64,000 nt of DNA, from assembly GCA_963751345.1 (NCBI GenBank), contig CAVVUS010000001.1, forward strand, positions 1 to 64,000, given 5' to 3'. Below the pieces are notes generated by a model. That model searched no databases. It saw only the letters and a list, made by a program, of their open reading frames with translations, and was not told where the DNA came from. The DNA is from an uncultured Chloroflexia bacterium (GTDB taxonomy: Bacteria; Chloroflexota; Anaerolineae; B4-G1; SLSP01). Positions 42,058 to 53,631 of this stretch are shown here, piece after piece; within the stretch, counting starts at the first letter, position 1, and every line of letters begins with the position of its first letter. The translations under genes and the position numbers were made by a program.

Positions 42058-42359
42058 ACCCTCACCCCAATCGTATGGCGCAATATCTCACGTATGGAGG
42101 GACGGTCCGCCGAGGGTCCTTCGGGGCCGGGGATCTCCACAACCAGCGGAATCTCGCTACGTATTGTCAAAGTATCCATACGCTCTCTGGCTAGCGCTGC
42201 AGCATCTTCAGTGACAAGGACAATCCCAACGGAGGCATCCGATAGTGCCTCGTCCAGCGCCTGGTTGAGCGCCTCAGCCGTCTCAACCACGCGTCCCCGG
42301 ACGCCGGTGAGAGCGAACCCCCACACAGCAGGCGCCGCCCCAATCACGAGCAACTTCAT
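42054..42359 (-). CDS. ntpF: V/A-type ATP synthase subunit F
   Basis: VIG...GFALTGV, VGIVLVTE, PLVVEIPG. Confidence 0.9.
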   Translation of the reverse strand: MKLLVIGAAPAVWGFALTGVRGRVVETAEALNQALDEALSDASVGIVLVTEDAAALARERMDTLTIRSEIPLVVEIPGPEGPSADRPSIREILRHTIGVRV

Positions 42360-42365
42360 ACAAGG

Positions 42366-42806
42366 TCACCCAAGGATGATGAAGGCAATGATCAGGCCGT
42401 AGATCGCGACACCTTCGGCCAGCCCGACAAAGAGCAGGACACGGCCAAAAATCTCGGGCTTCTCAGCTACCGTGCCCACAGCGGCCGAACCGACCGCACC
42501 CACCGCATATCCGGCCGCCAGACTTCCAATGGCTACGGACACGGCTGCGCCGATATACTGCATAGGGTCTCGGGTCGTGGCTGCCTGTGAGAGTCCCGCG
42601 GCAGCCACGAAGCCGGGCGCGAAGAGCCAGGCGGCGGCCATGCCCATCACGGCCAGCGCCATGATGAAATCGAGGGCGCCCAAACCGAATACGGTCTCCA
42701 GCGTCATAGATGCGAACCCGCGACGACGTCTGACCAGCAAGAGTGTCGCTGGCACAACAGGAATCAACACGGCAAACAGCGCTATCACCAATCTCATCTC
42801 ATCCAC
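42366..42806 (-). CDS. ntpK: V/A-type ATP synthase proteolipid subunit K/c
   Basis: GSAAVGTVAEKPE..FVGLAEGVAIYGLII with the conserved Glu. Confidence 0.88.
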   Translation of the reverse strand: MDEMRLVIALFAVLIPVVPATLLLVRRRRGFASMTLETVFGLGALDFIMALAVMGMAAAWLFAPGFVAAAGLSQAATTRDPMQYIGAAVSVAIGSLAAGYAVGAVGSAAVGTVAEKPEIFGRVLLFVGLAEGVAIYGLIIAFIILG

Positions 42807-42825
42807 CTCCAGAATAGACCATCCA

Positions 42826-44774
42826 TCAATCTTCTTCGGATAGTAGCAGCGTCAGAGGCTGATAGCGCTCGCCACTAGCCGTAAAGAACTTGCTGAACAA
42901 CTCATAGTACTCCAGACGCAACGTCTGAATCGCCACAATCATTCCCTCGAACCCGATGACCAGCAGGTTTCCAAGGGCCACCACCAACCAATACCCGACA
43001 CTCTGCCCGGGATCGACCATCTTCGCAAGGATGAAAACTACCATGCTGAGCGCACCATGCGCTACGGCGAAAGCACCCATACGCACGTATGACAGCGTAT
43101 TGCTCATGACGGTGAGGATATTCTCAAAGAGCTCGAAGAAACCCTCGACCACAGCCATACCGACGTGCCCCTTCGGAGGCGTGCGCCTCTCTACCAGCGA
43201 TTCCAGGAGGCTCGAAAGAGCGATCACCAGACCGGTGACCACTGCCGACGCTCCAAGCACGGCAGTGCCGACCGGCACGCTGGGAGTCAGGTAGCCCGCG
43301 GCCAGCCCAATCAAGGACCAGTAGAAGAGGATCCCTGCGACACCGTTGCGATTGACGAGCGCCTGAAGCCACGCCCCCTTGAGCGCCGTCCCGATCACAT
43401 TGTAGATCATACCGATTGTGATCACAGCCATACCGAGGGAGATGGTGGCAATCAGTATCGCGCTGGTACTGTCCAGTGGGTGAAGCCATAGCGCGGGCAA
43501 GACCTGCTCAAACCCGAAGATACTACCATACAGAAATCCGAAGATCATCGACACGATGCCACTTACGGCGACGATGCCTCCGAAGGCAGAGAAGCTCTCC
43601 AGAGCCTGCACTCGGCGACTCAGGATCAGGAACCCGAGCAAGGCCAGCATCAGGCCATGACCAACATCGCCGAACATCACGCCGAAAATCAGTGGAAACG
43701 TGATCGCCACGATCGGCGTCGGATCCAGTTCGTCATAGGCAGGATAGCCGTAGATCGTGACCAGGCGCTCAAACATGCGGAGGATCGGCGGATTGTGGAA
43801 CTCGAAGGGGGCGGTCAGGCGCTCGCTGGACGTAGGCGTCCTGGCCTCCACGAGCGTGTTGTCTGAGACCTCTGCAATCGTTTCTCTGAGCTTCGTGAGC
43901 TTCGTCTCAGGGACCCACCCTGTCACGAGATACATATAGTGAAACTGGTTGAACTTCGAGATGGTCTGGACCAGCTTGAGGCTGGCCCGCACGCGCCACA
44001 GCAGGTGGCGCAATCGGGTGACGCGCGTGTCGTGTAGCTCGACGAGACGCTTCTCCAAGTCCATCACGTGATCGCGCGTGTTGGCAATGGTATTTTCGAG
44101 GGATGCCAGAATCTCGTCCGGCGTGCCCTGGTACTCTTCGGGGAGCTCCGTGGGTGTCAGGTACGCGCTCCGCGCGGCCCGCTGCAAGAGCGGTGCATCG
44201 TACTTCCGACCGAAGAGCGCGACCACAGCCATCGCGCCACTCTGCGTCAGGACCAAGAGCACGGACGGGACGTGTTCGAGGCTGCTGTTGAGCCGCTGCA
44301 CGTTGTCGACCGGCATCGACCCAAGCATGGCGAAGAGGTACGTGGTATGGCGGAAGTGCTGCAGGCCGATGTCTAGCCCCGCGAGCAGGCCAAGCTGCTC
44401 GCGAATCTCGCGCAGCCGATCGAGCCTTCCCCGGGCCTCCAAGAGCTCCTGCGCCGGACCCTGGCCTCCGCCTCCGCCAACTCAACGTCCTTTTCGGCCA
44501 CCTCCGAACTGATAAGGTGCAGCGACTCCTTGGGCGGCGGGCCGGCCTCCACGGCCAGTAGCTCCATCACATCAGCTATCCGCTGCACCAGTGATATATA
44601 CGCATTGGCACGCTTATCCCAGTTCGCCGTCTGCAGGGCTCCGCCGTCGCCCACCGCACCCAAGTACTCAGACATATGGAACACGCCAGCAGTTGCCAGA
44701 GCCTCTGTGACGACAACGATGTCGTGCTCAGGCACTACGAGTTCCACCCGGTACATCTGCAGTGATCGAAACAC
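42826..44774 (-). CDS. ntpI: V/A-type ATP synthase subunit I/a; frameshift near 44450
   Basis: TGWVP, YGYPAYDELDPT, FGVMFGDVGHG, SNTLSYVRMGAF, HGAL, IQTLRLEYYELFSKF. Confidence 0.9.
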
Positions 44775-44833
44775 GTCACACCTCCCAGTACACCCTATCC
44801 CACATTACTGTAATACACTGCCAGGCTCTTGCG

Positions 44834-45901
44834 CTATGAGGATGTTGGCATCAGCAGCATCGGGGCAAACACGTCGGACGACACATCCGATGCCTTCGCC
44901 TCGACAATGACCGTCACATCTCGAATCTCATACTCATTCAGCAATACATAAGCCAACGGAAGCCCAATATGGAAAGGGGATCCCAGGAACATACGACGAC
45001 AGCGGGCGATCAGGAGTCGCAGAAGTGACTGCTCCAGACGCGCCAATCCTTCTCCCGACTCGAACGATACGCCCCGCAGGTCATCGCGGAGATTGGGATA
45101 TATGCCTAAGACGATTTGCGCAATGTCGGCACCATGGGCGATGGCGTGAATGTCCTCCTCCTTCACCTGATAGCCTATCGCCAGAGTGTAGTTGATGATC
45201 TCTGCCTCGGACAGATGATGGTACACGCGATAGCGAATCGCCCAGAGTAGATTATCGTTGTCCAGGACGGTGCCCACCGTCTTCAATGCCATCTCGCGGT
45301 CTCGACGGTTGAGATGCAGAATGCTCGCCCATAGATCCCGCCGGTATCCGAGATCGAGGGCAACTTCAAGGGGAAAAAGGCTGTTCTCTTCTTCATAACG
45401 CGTCATTGCGTGATCAAGAATTGTGAAGTAGGGGGTGCCCTTCAGAACGTCAACAGCCCTGTGGATGCTGCCGGTATAGACCATTCGCTCAAGCACATCG
45501 ACGCCGACGGAGACGTACTTATCCATAGGGTAGAGAAGATGCAGAACCTGGTCCCACGAAGCACCGGCCTCCACCCCGCGCAGCGCGACCTTGATGTTAT
45601 CGACCTCGTAGTGGTGCCAGAGCTCGCTGATCACGGGGCGGGCTTCGTCGGGTGCGATACGGACTAACTTCTCGTATACCTCGGCGAGGTGGCGTCGGAT
45701 CTGGTAGATCGTCCGCCGAGGTGTCAGTAGCGGCCTGTCGATCTCCAGATGAGGACCATAGATGGTGTCGCTGAGTACACCCAGCGTGGCGTCATAGTCC
45801 TGGGCTCGGATGAGTGAGTCCCAGGTTGCAGGTGACAGCAGGTTCGCATACAGCGCACGCACCGTGGCCTGCGTGAGAGAATAAGCCATGACCCCGCCCA
45901 T
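44834..45901 (-). CDS. ntpC: V/A-type ATP synthase subunit C/d
   Basis: YEVDNIKVALR, FPLEVALD, NLLWAIRYR, LAYVLLNEYEIRDV; position in the operon. Confidence 0.85.
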   Translation of the reverse strand: MGGVMAYSLTQATVRALYANLLSPATWDSLIRAQDYDATLGVLSDTIYGPHLEIDRPLLTPRRTIYQIRRHLAEVYEKLVRIAPDEARPVISELWHHYEVDNIKVALRGVEAGASWDQVLHLLYPMDKYVSVGVDVLERMVYTGSIHRAVDVLKGTPYFTILDHAMTRYEEENSLFPLEVALDLGYRRDLWASILHLNRRDREMALKTVGTVLDNDNLLWAIRYRVYHHLSEAEIINYTLAIGYQVKEEDIHAIAHGADIAQIVLGIYPNLRDDLRGVSFESGEGLARLEQSLLRLLIARCRRMFLGSPFHIGLPLAYVLLNEYEIRDVTVIVEAKASDVSSDVFAPMLLMPTSS

Positions 45902-45915
45902 CGCGCCGGCCTCGT

Positions 45916-46236
45916 CTAGTGGCTGCGTCCGGTCACACGGTCGATCACATAGGCAATCGCGCCATCGACCCGCGCCTCAGCCTCTTGTTCAAAGCGATCC
46001 GCTTCCTCCTGAGCCTCGGCCATCGCCTGTTCGCGCTCGGATTCGGCCTCCTTCTGCGCCGCCGCTACGATTCGGGCGGCCTGTTGGTTAGCCTCATCCA
46101 GCGCTTGCTCTCGCAGCGTGTTCGCTTCCTTCTGAGCCTCTGCGACCAGTTTGTCGGCCTCCGCCTGGGCCTTGGTCTGCTCCTCTGAGGCCTCGTGCTC
46201 AATCGCTAGAATTGCCTGCACCATCTCTTGCGTCAT
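45916..46236 (-). CDS. ntpG: V/A-type ATP synthase peripheral stalk subunit G/H
   Basis: About 105-aa Ala/Glu-rich coiled coil at the head of the operon. Confidence 0.7.
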   Translation of the reverse strand: MTQEMVQAILAIEHEASEEQTKAQAEADKLVAEAQKEANTLREQALDEANQQAARIVAAAQKEAESEREQAMAEAQEEADRFEQEAEARVDGAIAYVIDRVTGRSH

Positions 46237-46360
46237 GACCCGCATCCCTTTCGATATCGTGAAAGCCGGAGCGCTCCCGGAAATGCTCACGACGTTGTCA
46301 ATGGTGCATTATTATAGATCACTTTTATGAAAAAGCGACTTCCGCCAGGGTTGATTCGCG

Positions 46361-46390
46361 TTGGCGGATCTCAAGGGTGGGATCTATAAT
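46361..46390 (+). promoter_or_regulatory. Sigma70-type promoter for the UxaA-like operon
   Basis: TTGGCG-18 nt-TATAAT. Confidence 0.5.
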
Positions 46391-46424
46391 GGCCTCCATC
46401 AGTGAACGGAGAAGGTTGGTTGCC

Positions 46425-46733
46425 ATGAACAACATCGCGATCTTGCTCAACCCTATTGACAACGTTGCGACCGCTCTACGGGACCTTGAGGCCGGTGAGT
46501 CGGTCAATGTACAGCTCTACGATGTGACCTATTCGGTCACCCTGCGCGAGGAGGTCGCCTTCGGACACAAGTACGCCCTCCGGGATATTCCGCAGGGGGA
46601 GGACGTCCTGAAGTACGGGCTCCCCATCGGCAAAGCTCTCACGGATATCCGGGCCGGCGAGTGGATACACGTTCACAACTGTCGCAGCGAGCACTTCGGA
46701 TTTCGTCACGAGGAGTACGGGATCCACGCCTAA
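46425..46733 (+). CDS. SAF-domain small subunit of a split UxaA/GarD/SuyA-type dehydratase
   Basis: DNVATALRDL, FGHKYAL.DI..GE.VLKYGLPIG, GEWIHVHN. Confidence 0.88.
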   Translation: MNNIAILLNPIDNVATALRDLEAGESVNVQLYDVTYSVTLREEVAFGHKYALRDIPQGEDVLKYGLPIGKALTDIRAGEWIHVHNCRSEHFGFRHEEYGIHA

Positions 46734-46851
46734 GTGGGTCTCTCGCTAGGCCAACCGGTGCCGGGCTGCCGCTGAGGTCGTAGCCTCGCATGCCCATACC
46801 CGGCGCCTCGCCCAAGCGATTTGGTTCCGCAAGCAGACAGGAGTGTCGTCT

Positions 46852-47978
46852 ATGGAGATCCTAGGCTATGAACGTCCCGATGGTCAAATCGGCATCCGAA
46901 ACAAGGTCTCGATCATCTTCAGTACCGACTGCTCGCGCTACGTAGCACAGAAGCTCAAGACGCTTGTTTCCCGAAGGGCACCCAGCTCTTCGGCTATCCG
47001 GGTGGCTGCGCTCTCGTCGACGGCGCGTTCCACAAGCTGGTGGCGCTGGGCACTCACTCCAGTTCTGCAGCCGCCCTTGTTGTCGGTCTCGGCTGCGAGG
47101 GTACCGACGCCTATAGCGTGGCGGACGCCATCGCCGCGACAGGGCGCCCCGTGGAAGCGATCAAGATCAACGAAGAGGGCGGCGACCTTCGCACGGTGGA
47201 AAAGGGATCCAGGGCCCTCGCCGGACTGCTCCAGGCAGCCTCAATGGCCAAACGCGTGCCGATGTCGCCCGGTGACCTGATCGTCGGCACTGAATGCGGC
47301 GGATCCGATGCGACTTCCGGCCTCGCCTCAAACCCCATCACGGGCGTCGCGGGCGACCGGCTGATTGAGGCTGGGGGCACGTATATGATCAGCGAACTCG
47401 ATGAGCTGATAGGCTGCAGTGAGATTCTCGCAGACCGTGCGGTGAACCAACATGTGGCTGATGAAGTGCGCGAGGCCATCAAGAAAGCTGAAGAACGAAG
47501 CTTCGCGAGCGGCAGGTTCGCCTGGGGCTACGGCAACATCATGGGGGGGCTGACGAGCATCGAGGAGAAGTCGTATGGCGCACTCGCGAAGTCAGGCACG
47601 AACCCGCTGCAGGGCATCCTTCGCGAATATGGGCTGCCGCCGTCGAAAGGGTTCTTCCTGCAGGTCGGCGAGCCCGGCTCCGGGTACTTCCACGGGGACC
47701 CGGAGGGCATCAACCAGTTCGCAGCCCACGGTGCCCACCTGGCGCTCTTTACCACCGGCTGCGGGTCGACCACGGGCGGATTGGTGCCCGTGATCAAGGT
47801 GATCGCCAACCCCAACCGTATGCAGCTCATCCGCGACAACGCGGACTTTGACGCCACCCCGATCATCCTGGGCGAACGGACGATTCAGGAGATGGGCGAG
47901 GCACTCTACGACGAGATCGTGGCGGTCGCAGCAGGCAAACTGACGCGATCCGAGATCTTTGGTCACTTCGAGGTCTAA
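46852..47978 (+). CDS. Large subunit of a split UxaA/GarD/SuyB-type dehydratase; frameshift near 46970
   Basis: GYERPDGQIGIRN, VGLGCE, ECGGSDATSG, SIEEKSYGA..KSG, FTTGCG, PVIKV. Confidence 0.85.
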
Positions 47979-49603
47979 TGCACATAGAACTCACGTCGAC
48001 GTTGACGAACGCACACCCCTACGGCGCATCTGGCGATACGTAGGGTACGACGAACCCAACTACACATACACTGCAGAGCGGAAAGGCCCTGCTCGCCAAA
48101 CTCGGCCAGACTGCCCGATGCACCCGTACTACATCCGCTGTCATTTCATCCTCTGCTCCGGCGAACGGCGTGGGCGCGCCTAAATGGGGCTCCAGCAACG
48201 TCTACACCGAGGACGACCGAGGGCGCCCGGTCTACGACTGGACGATCATCGACCGAATCCTGGACACGATCGTCGAGGCGGGCTGTGTGCCATTTGTCGA
48301 GCTGGGTTTCATGCCCGAGGCGCTCAGTTCGGCTCCGGACGACGTGCCCTATACCGGCGCAACTGCAGAGGGCTGGGGTTACCCACCCCGTGACTACTCA
48401 CGCTGGATGGACCTGATCCGCGCCGTGGGCCGGCACTGCCTCGAACGGTATGGGCTCCGTGACGTCAGCCGCTGGTACTGGGAGTTGTGGAACGAACCGG
48501 ATATCTTCTACTGGCGGGGGACGCCCGAGGAGTATTTCCGGCTCTACGACTACACGGTTGCGGGGCTCGTGTCCGCTTTTCCCCAGGCCAAGATCGGCGG
48601 CCCGGGCACGACGAGCCCTGCTAACCCAAAGGCAGGTGCCTTTCTCCATGCGTTCCTGAAGCACTGCACAGAGGGCGAGAATGCGGTCACGGGCGAACGT
48701 GGCACGCGGCTCGACTACGTCAGCTTCCACACCAAGGGCGGCGGCTATGGTCGCGAGCCCAACGCGCCCAAGAAAACACCCACGATCCACGAACTGCTGC
48801 GCCATGTCGATGCGGGGCTGGGGATCATCGCCGGATTCCCTGAGCTACGCCGCCACGAGGTGATCCTCTCGGAATGCGATCCGGACGGCTGGGCTGCCGG
48901 GAGCATCCGCGATAATCCCAACCTCTTCTACCGCAACAGCGAGTATTACGCGAGTTACGTTGCGAGCGCAGCCTGCAAGCTGCTGGCCGCGCGCCATCCC
49001 CAGGGCCCGCGCGTCGACGGGATGCTGACGTGGGCCTTTGAGTTCGAGGACCGAGAGCTCTTCGCTGGGCTGCGGACGCTGAGCACGAACGGCATCGACA
49101 AGCCTGTCCTCAACGTCTTCCGGCTTCTCGGCGAGCTGGGCGGGACACCAGCTCGCCGTAGCTACTCGACGGCCTCCCTGAGGCAGGATGCCGCTCCCCA
49201 GGTCTCTCCGCCCTGGCGTCAATCGACGGCAACGGCACCGTCTCGCTCCTGCGTGGTGAGCCACCACGACGACTGGGACGTCCACACGGCGGTCGGACGG
49301 CCGGGGTGCATCTAGCCGGGCTGGAGGCAGGTCGGAGCCTATACCGTGACGCGAACCACGATCGACAGCAGATCACGCCAACAGCTACACGGCGTGGCGG
49401 GCGATGGGCAGCCCGCGCCCGCCAAGCGCGATCGCAGCGACGTGACCTGGAGGAGGCCGCGCGCCTCGCGCCGGCGCCGCTCGACTCGGTGACGGCGACC
49501 GGCGGCGACGTGTACCTTCTCGCTGACAGTTCCGCCGCACAGCGTCTCGCTGCTGCGGCTGGAGCCTATGGTCGAGGGTGGATCGAATCGAAAAGGAGGA
49601 TAA
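47978..49603 (+). CDS. GH39 beta-xylosidase-like glycoside hydrolase (multiple frameshifts)
   Basis: GYDEPNY, KWGSSNVYTED, PFVELGFMP, YWELWNEPD (acid/base), SFHTKG, LSECDP (nucleophile), TWAFEFE, IDKPVLN. Confidence 0.8.
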
Positions 49604-49606
49604 TCA

Positions 49607-52200
49607 ATGCAACCGACAGTGGATGGCCCTGTATCCCCACACTTCCATCCCCTTCCCTTCTCCGGCAATGCTGCACTTGCGTCTCTCGGCGACACGGGCA
49701 TCTCACGCGCGATGGCCGACGCGCTGCCCTACGCGCCCCAGGGGCAATGCGCATGCTGGGGCATCCCGTTTGACGTTCGAGATCCCGCGCTCATCATTGA
49801 TGAGCCGGTCACGGTTGAGGTGCCGCACGCGGTCAGCCCCTGGCTGGTCTTTATGCACACGTCGGACCTGCGCCCGCTCCAGACCGATCGAGGGGGCCTC
49901 ATCTCCCCCATGCGCGGCCAGGGGCATCTCAACGAGCTCGCAGCAATCTACACGCTGATCTACGAGGATGACACGACGGCCGTGACCGAGATCCGGCGCA
50001 GGCACCATCTCGGTGCCTTCCAGCGAATGTGGGGCGAGAACTGCTTCCAGGCCGTCGCGATGCACAAGCCTTACCCCTCGCGGGCGGCCCACGAGCAGCT
50101 CCGCGGTGGGTGGGGACAGAGCCAGACGCGCGTCGAGCAGCCCGACGGTGGCCGTTGGGTGAACTGGCTCTGGGCGTGGGAAAACCCCCATCCGGGCAAG
50201 GCGATCACGCAGATCCACTTCGAGCCCGTCTCCGGCGCCGTGTTGGTCTTTGGCATCGCGGCTGGTGCCGCCTCAGAGCAGCCGCTGCGCTGGCGTCGCC
50301 GCCGTAAGGCGGTCGTGTCTTTGCCTGAGGGGACAGTCTTTCGCCCCGAGCTCGATGAAGATGGCTTGCTCGCCCACATCCAGATCGACATGGGCCAGAT
50401 CATCTCCGCACAGCCCCGGCTACACTATCCGAACGACGCGTGGGAGACGAGCTACAACAATCAACTGCCCAGGATGTCCCGCCCTGAGGTCCTGATCGAG
50501 TATACCTCCCACCCGGATGCACACTTTCACGTGACGGGGGCCTCCTCCGCAGATGGAGCGCCGCCCCGAGCGCAGATCGTGCCCGTGGCAGCGGTGGAGG
50601 ATGGGCAGGGCGAGTCGGAGGTCGCGTCCGTTCCACCGGCCAGAGCAGCGGGTCAAGCTGCGCGTTGTGGAGCAGGGCACCGAGCGCCCCGTAATCGTTA
50701 AGCTGCACGTCCACGGCCAGTTCGACGAATACCTCGCGCCGGTGGACCGCCATCGGATCATCAACGCGGCCTGGTACGAAGACTACAGCGTCGACTTCGC
50801 CCACCAGGGGCTGCACTCGTGCACCTACATCCCCGGCGAGACGACGATCGACCTGCCTCTTGGCAAGGTCTACGTCGAGGTCTCCAAGGGCTTCGAGATC
50901 CGTCCCGTCCGCAAGGTCATTGAGGTGAGCGCCGAGACGAAGGAGGTCGTCATCGAAGTCGAGCGCGTGCTGCCCTGGCGCGAGCGGGGATGGATCACCG
51001 CCGATACCCACGTGCACTTCCTCTCACCGATGTCAGCGAACCTCGAGGGCGCCGGCGAAGGGCGTGAACGTCGTCAACCTTCTGGCCAGCCAGTGGGGTG
51101 AGTTGATGACGAATGTGGGAGATTTCGATGGCAAGAACACGTGGGGCTCCAGAGAGACAGGGGGCGACGGAGAGTACCTCGTCCGCGTCGGCACCGAGAA
51201 TCGCCAGCACGTGATGGGACATATCTCGCTGCTCGGCTACCGTGGCCCGATCATCGCGCCGATGACGACAGGGGGACCGGATGAATCCGCGCTTGGCGAC
51301 CCCATCGAGATCTTGCTGACCGAGTGGGCGCGGCAGTGTCACAAACAGGGCGGCCTCGTCGTGCTCCCACACTTCCCTAACCCGCGAGCCGAGCACGCCG
51401 CCAGCATCATCAGCGGCGACATCGATGCCCTGGAGATGACATCTTGGGGCGACCTCTACAGTGGGATCAGCCCCTATTCGCTCTCCGACTGGTACCGCTA
51501 CCTTAACTGCGGATATAGGGTAGCCGCCGTGGGAGGCACGGACAAGATGCAGGCATCGACCGCCGTGGGGACCGTGCGTACCTACGCTCACCTTGCTGAT
51601 AACGAGCCCTTCACATACGATGGCTGGATGGACGCTGTACGTCGGGCCGAGACTTTTGTCACGTATGGGCCGCTCCTGGAATTCAGCGTTGACGGTCAGG
51701 CAATGGGCAGCCGTATCGCGATGTCTGCAACGGGAGGGGCGGTGGACGTCATCTGGCAAGCTGCCAGTGTGACAGTGCCGATGTCGCGGGTTGAGTTGGT
51801 CGTCAACGGCGAGATCCGCGAAAGCGTCGCCGTCGATCCGTGGAGTGCCAGTGGGTCGTGGCGAGTCAGGGTCGATCGCAGCTCCTGGCTCGCACTGCTG
51901 GTTCGCGGACACTACGGGGACCGCCCGGAGATCATCGCCGCCCACAGCTCACCCGTGATGGTCGGCGTGGAGGGCTCGGAGATGATGGCCGCAGCCGATG
52001 CCGTGACGATCTTGGAGCAGATTGAGGGCGCCCTTGCCTATCTGGATACGGTCGGCACGCGTGCCGAGGATCGCGCCTACAAGCGCATGCGGCTTGTGCT
52101 GGAATCCGCCCATCGCACCCTGCACAACCGTATGCACCGCCTGGGCTACTTTCACGACCACACGCCGGTAAGTGACCATCCTGAGCATCATATCCGCTAA
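49607..52200 (+). CDS. CehA/McbA-family PHP-like metallohydrolase; frameshifts near 50640 and 51060
   Basis: WAWENPHP, GWITADTHVHFLSP, ENRQHVMGH, WYRYLNCG, GGTDKM, TFVTYGPLL, AHSSP. Confidence 0.7.
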
Positions 52201-52213
52201 CTCCTTCCCCTTT

Positions 52214-53002
52214 ATGGATAACACCAACGACATCAAAGAAATCATCACATCCGCCGGCAAGCTGGCTATGACGCACTTCCTGGAGGTGACGCCGGCGTGG
52301 AAAGACGATAAGACGTACGTGACCCAGGCAGACTTTGCCGTGCAGGAGTATCTGCACGGGGCTATGGAGTCAGCGTTCCCCGACGACGGCATCGTCGCCG
52401 AGGAGAACGATCTGCGCAAACCGCCCAGGGGCAGCAAGCGATACTGGGTCATCGACCCCATCGACGGTACGGCCTCCTTTTCCGCAGGGCTGCCGATATG
52501 GGGGGTCTCGATCGCGCTCGTCGATGATGGCCACCCCCTCGCGGGCTTCTTCTACATCCCGGTGACGCGAGATCTCTTCCACACCGGTGCGGATGGCCGC
52601 GTCTACAGGAATGACCGTCCGATGACGATCCGCGAACCGGGGGCATTCCACCGCGAGACCTCCCTCTTCATCGCGTCTCGGCTCCACCGCTACTACACGG
52701 TCTCGCGCGGCTATCCGGGAAAACTGAGAAATCTCGGCTCCTCCGTAGCACACCTGGCCTACGTTGCGACGGGTAGCGCGGACGCGGCACTCGTGGAGCG
52801 GGTCTACGTCTGGGACATCGCGGCCGGTATGGCGATGCTGCAGCACAACGGCGGCGTGCTGCGCTACGTCGACGGCTCTCCCATCGACCTGACCGTGCTG
52901 CTCGACGGGAGGCGGATGCCGCTTCCGGCTTTGGGTGGGCATCCGCGGACGGTCAACGCCTTCCTCTCGCTCATTTCGTATCGCGGCGAAGGCGACGCAT
53001 GA
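52214..53002 (+). CDS. Inositol monophosphatase family protein
   Basis: VTQAD, VAEE, WVIDPIDGT, WDIAAG. Confidence 0.9.
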   Translation: MDNTNDIKEIITSAGKLAMTHFLEVTPAWKDDKTYVTQADFAVQEYLHGAMESAFPDDGIVAEENDLRKPPRGSKRYWVIDPIDGTASFSAGLPIWGVSIALVDDGHPLAGFFYIPVTRDLFHTGADGRVYRNDRPMTIREPGAFHRETSLFIASRLHRYYTVSRGYPGKLRNLGSSVAHLAYVATGSADAALVERVYVWDIAAGMAMLQHNGGVLRYVDGSPIDLTVLLDGRRMPLPALGGHPRTVNAFLSLISYRGEGDA

Positions 53003-53082
53003 TAGGGGAAAAACGCTGGCACGTTGGCACGTTTGAACGTCCAGCGTGCTGATGACGTTGTAACGCACCGGGAGGATACACG

Positions 53083-53559
53083 ATGCCATCATTGGACGTC
53101 GTCGACCAATTGATCGATCAGTTGGGCAGGACCTGGCAGGAGCTCCGGGACGCGATAGTCAAGACACCGGCGGAGGAGTGGCGCCAGGGCGCGACGGATT
53201 ACTTGATCCCCGCACGGCTTGCCTACCACGTTCTCTTCGTCGCCGACATGTACGCCACGCCCATGGGCTACGAGGAGTACAAGCCCCACCGCCGATACAA
53301 GATCGACTGGGAGGGGCCCGCAGAGGCGCTGCCGAACCGCGAGGACCTTTTCACGATGATCAACGAGACTGAGGTGAACGTCAAGCAGTGGCTGCTCGAC
53401 CTCGGCGACGAAGGGCTCCTGGAGGAGGAGACACAGTACCCATGGACGGGGGAGCGCAAACTGGGCCGCGTGCTCTATTTGCTGCGCCACAACCAGTGGC
53501 ACATCGGCGAACTCAACGCCATTCTGCGCGCGCGAGGGATCGAGCAAGTCGAGTGGTGA
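53083..53559 (+). CDS. DinB family protein
   Basis: LAYH near the N-terminus and RHNQWHIGEL near the C-terminus (His metal triad). Confidence 0.8.
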   Translation: MPSLDVVDQLIDQLGRTWQELRDAIVKTPAEEWRQGATDYLIPARLAYHVLFVADMYATPMGYEEYKPHRRYKIDWEGPAEALPNREDLFTMINETEVNVKQWLLDLGDEGLLEEETQYPWTGERKLGRVLYLLRHNQWHIGELNAILRARGIEQVEW

Positions 53560-53631
53560 GAGAAACGCGTTGCCAGGTTCGAGCGTTCAACCGTGTCAGC
53601 GTTCAGACGTTTCAACGCATAAGGAGAGACT

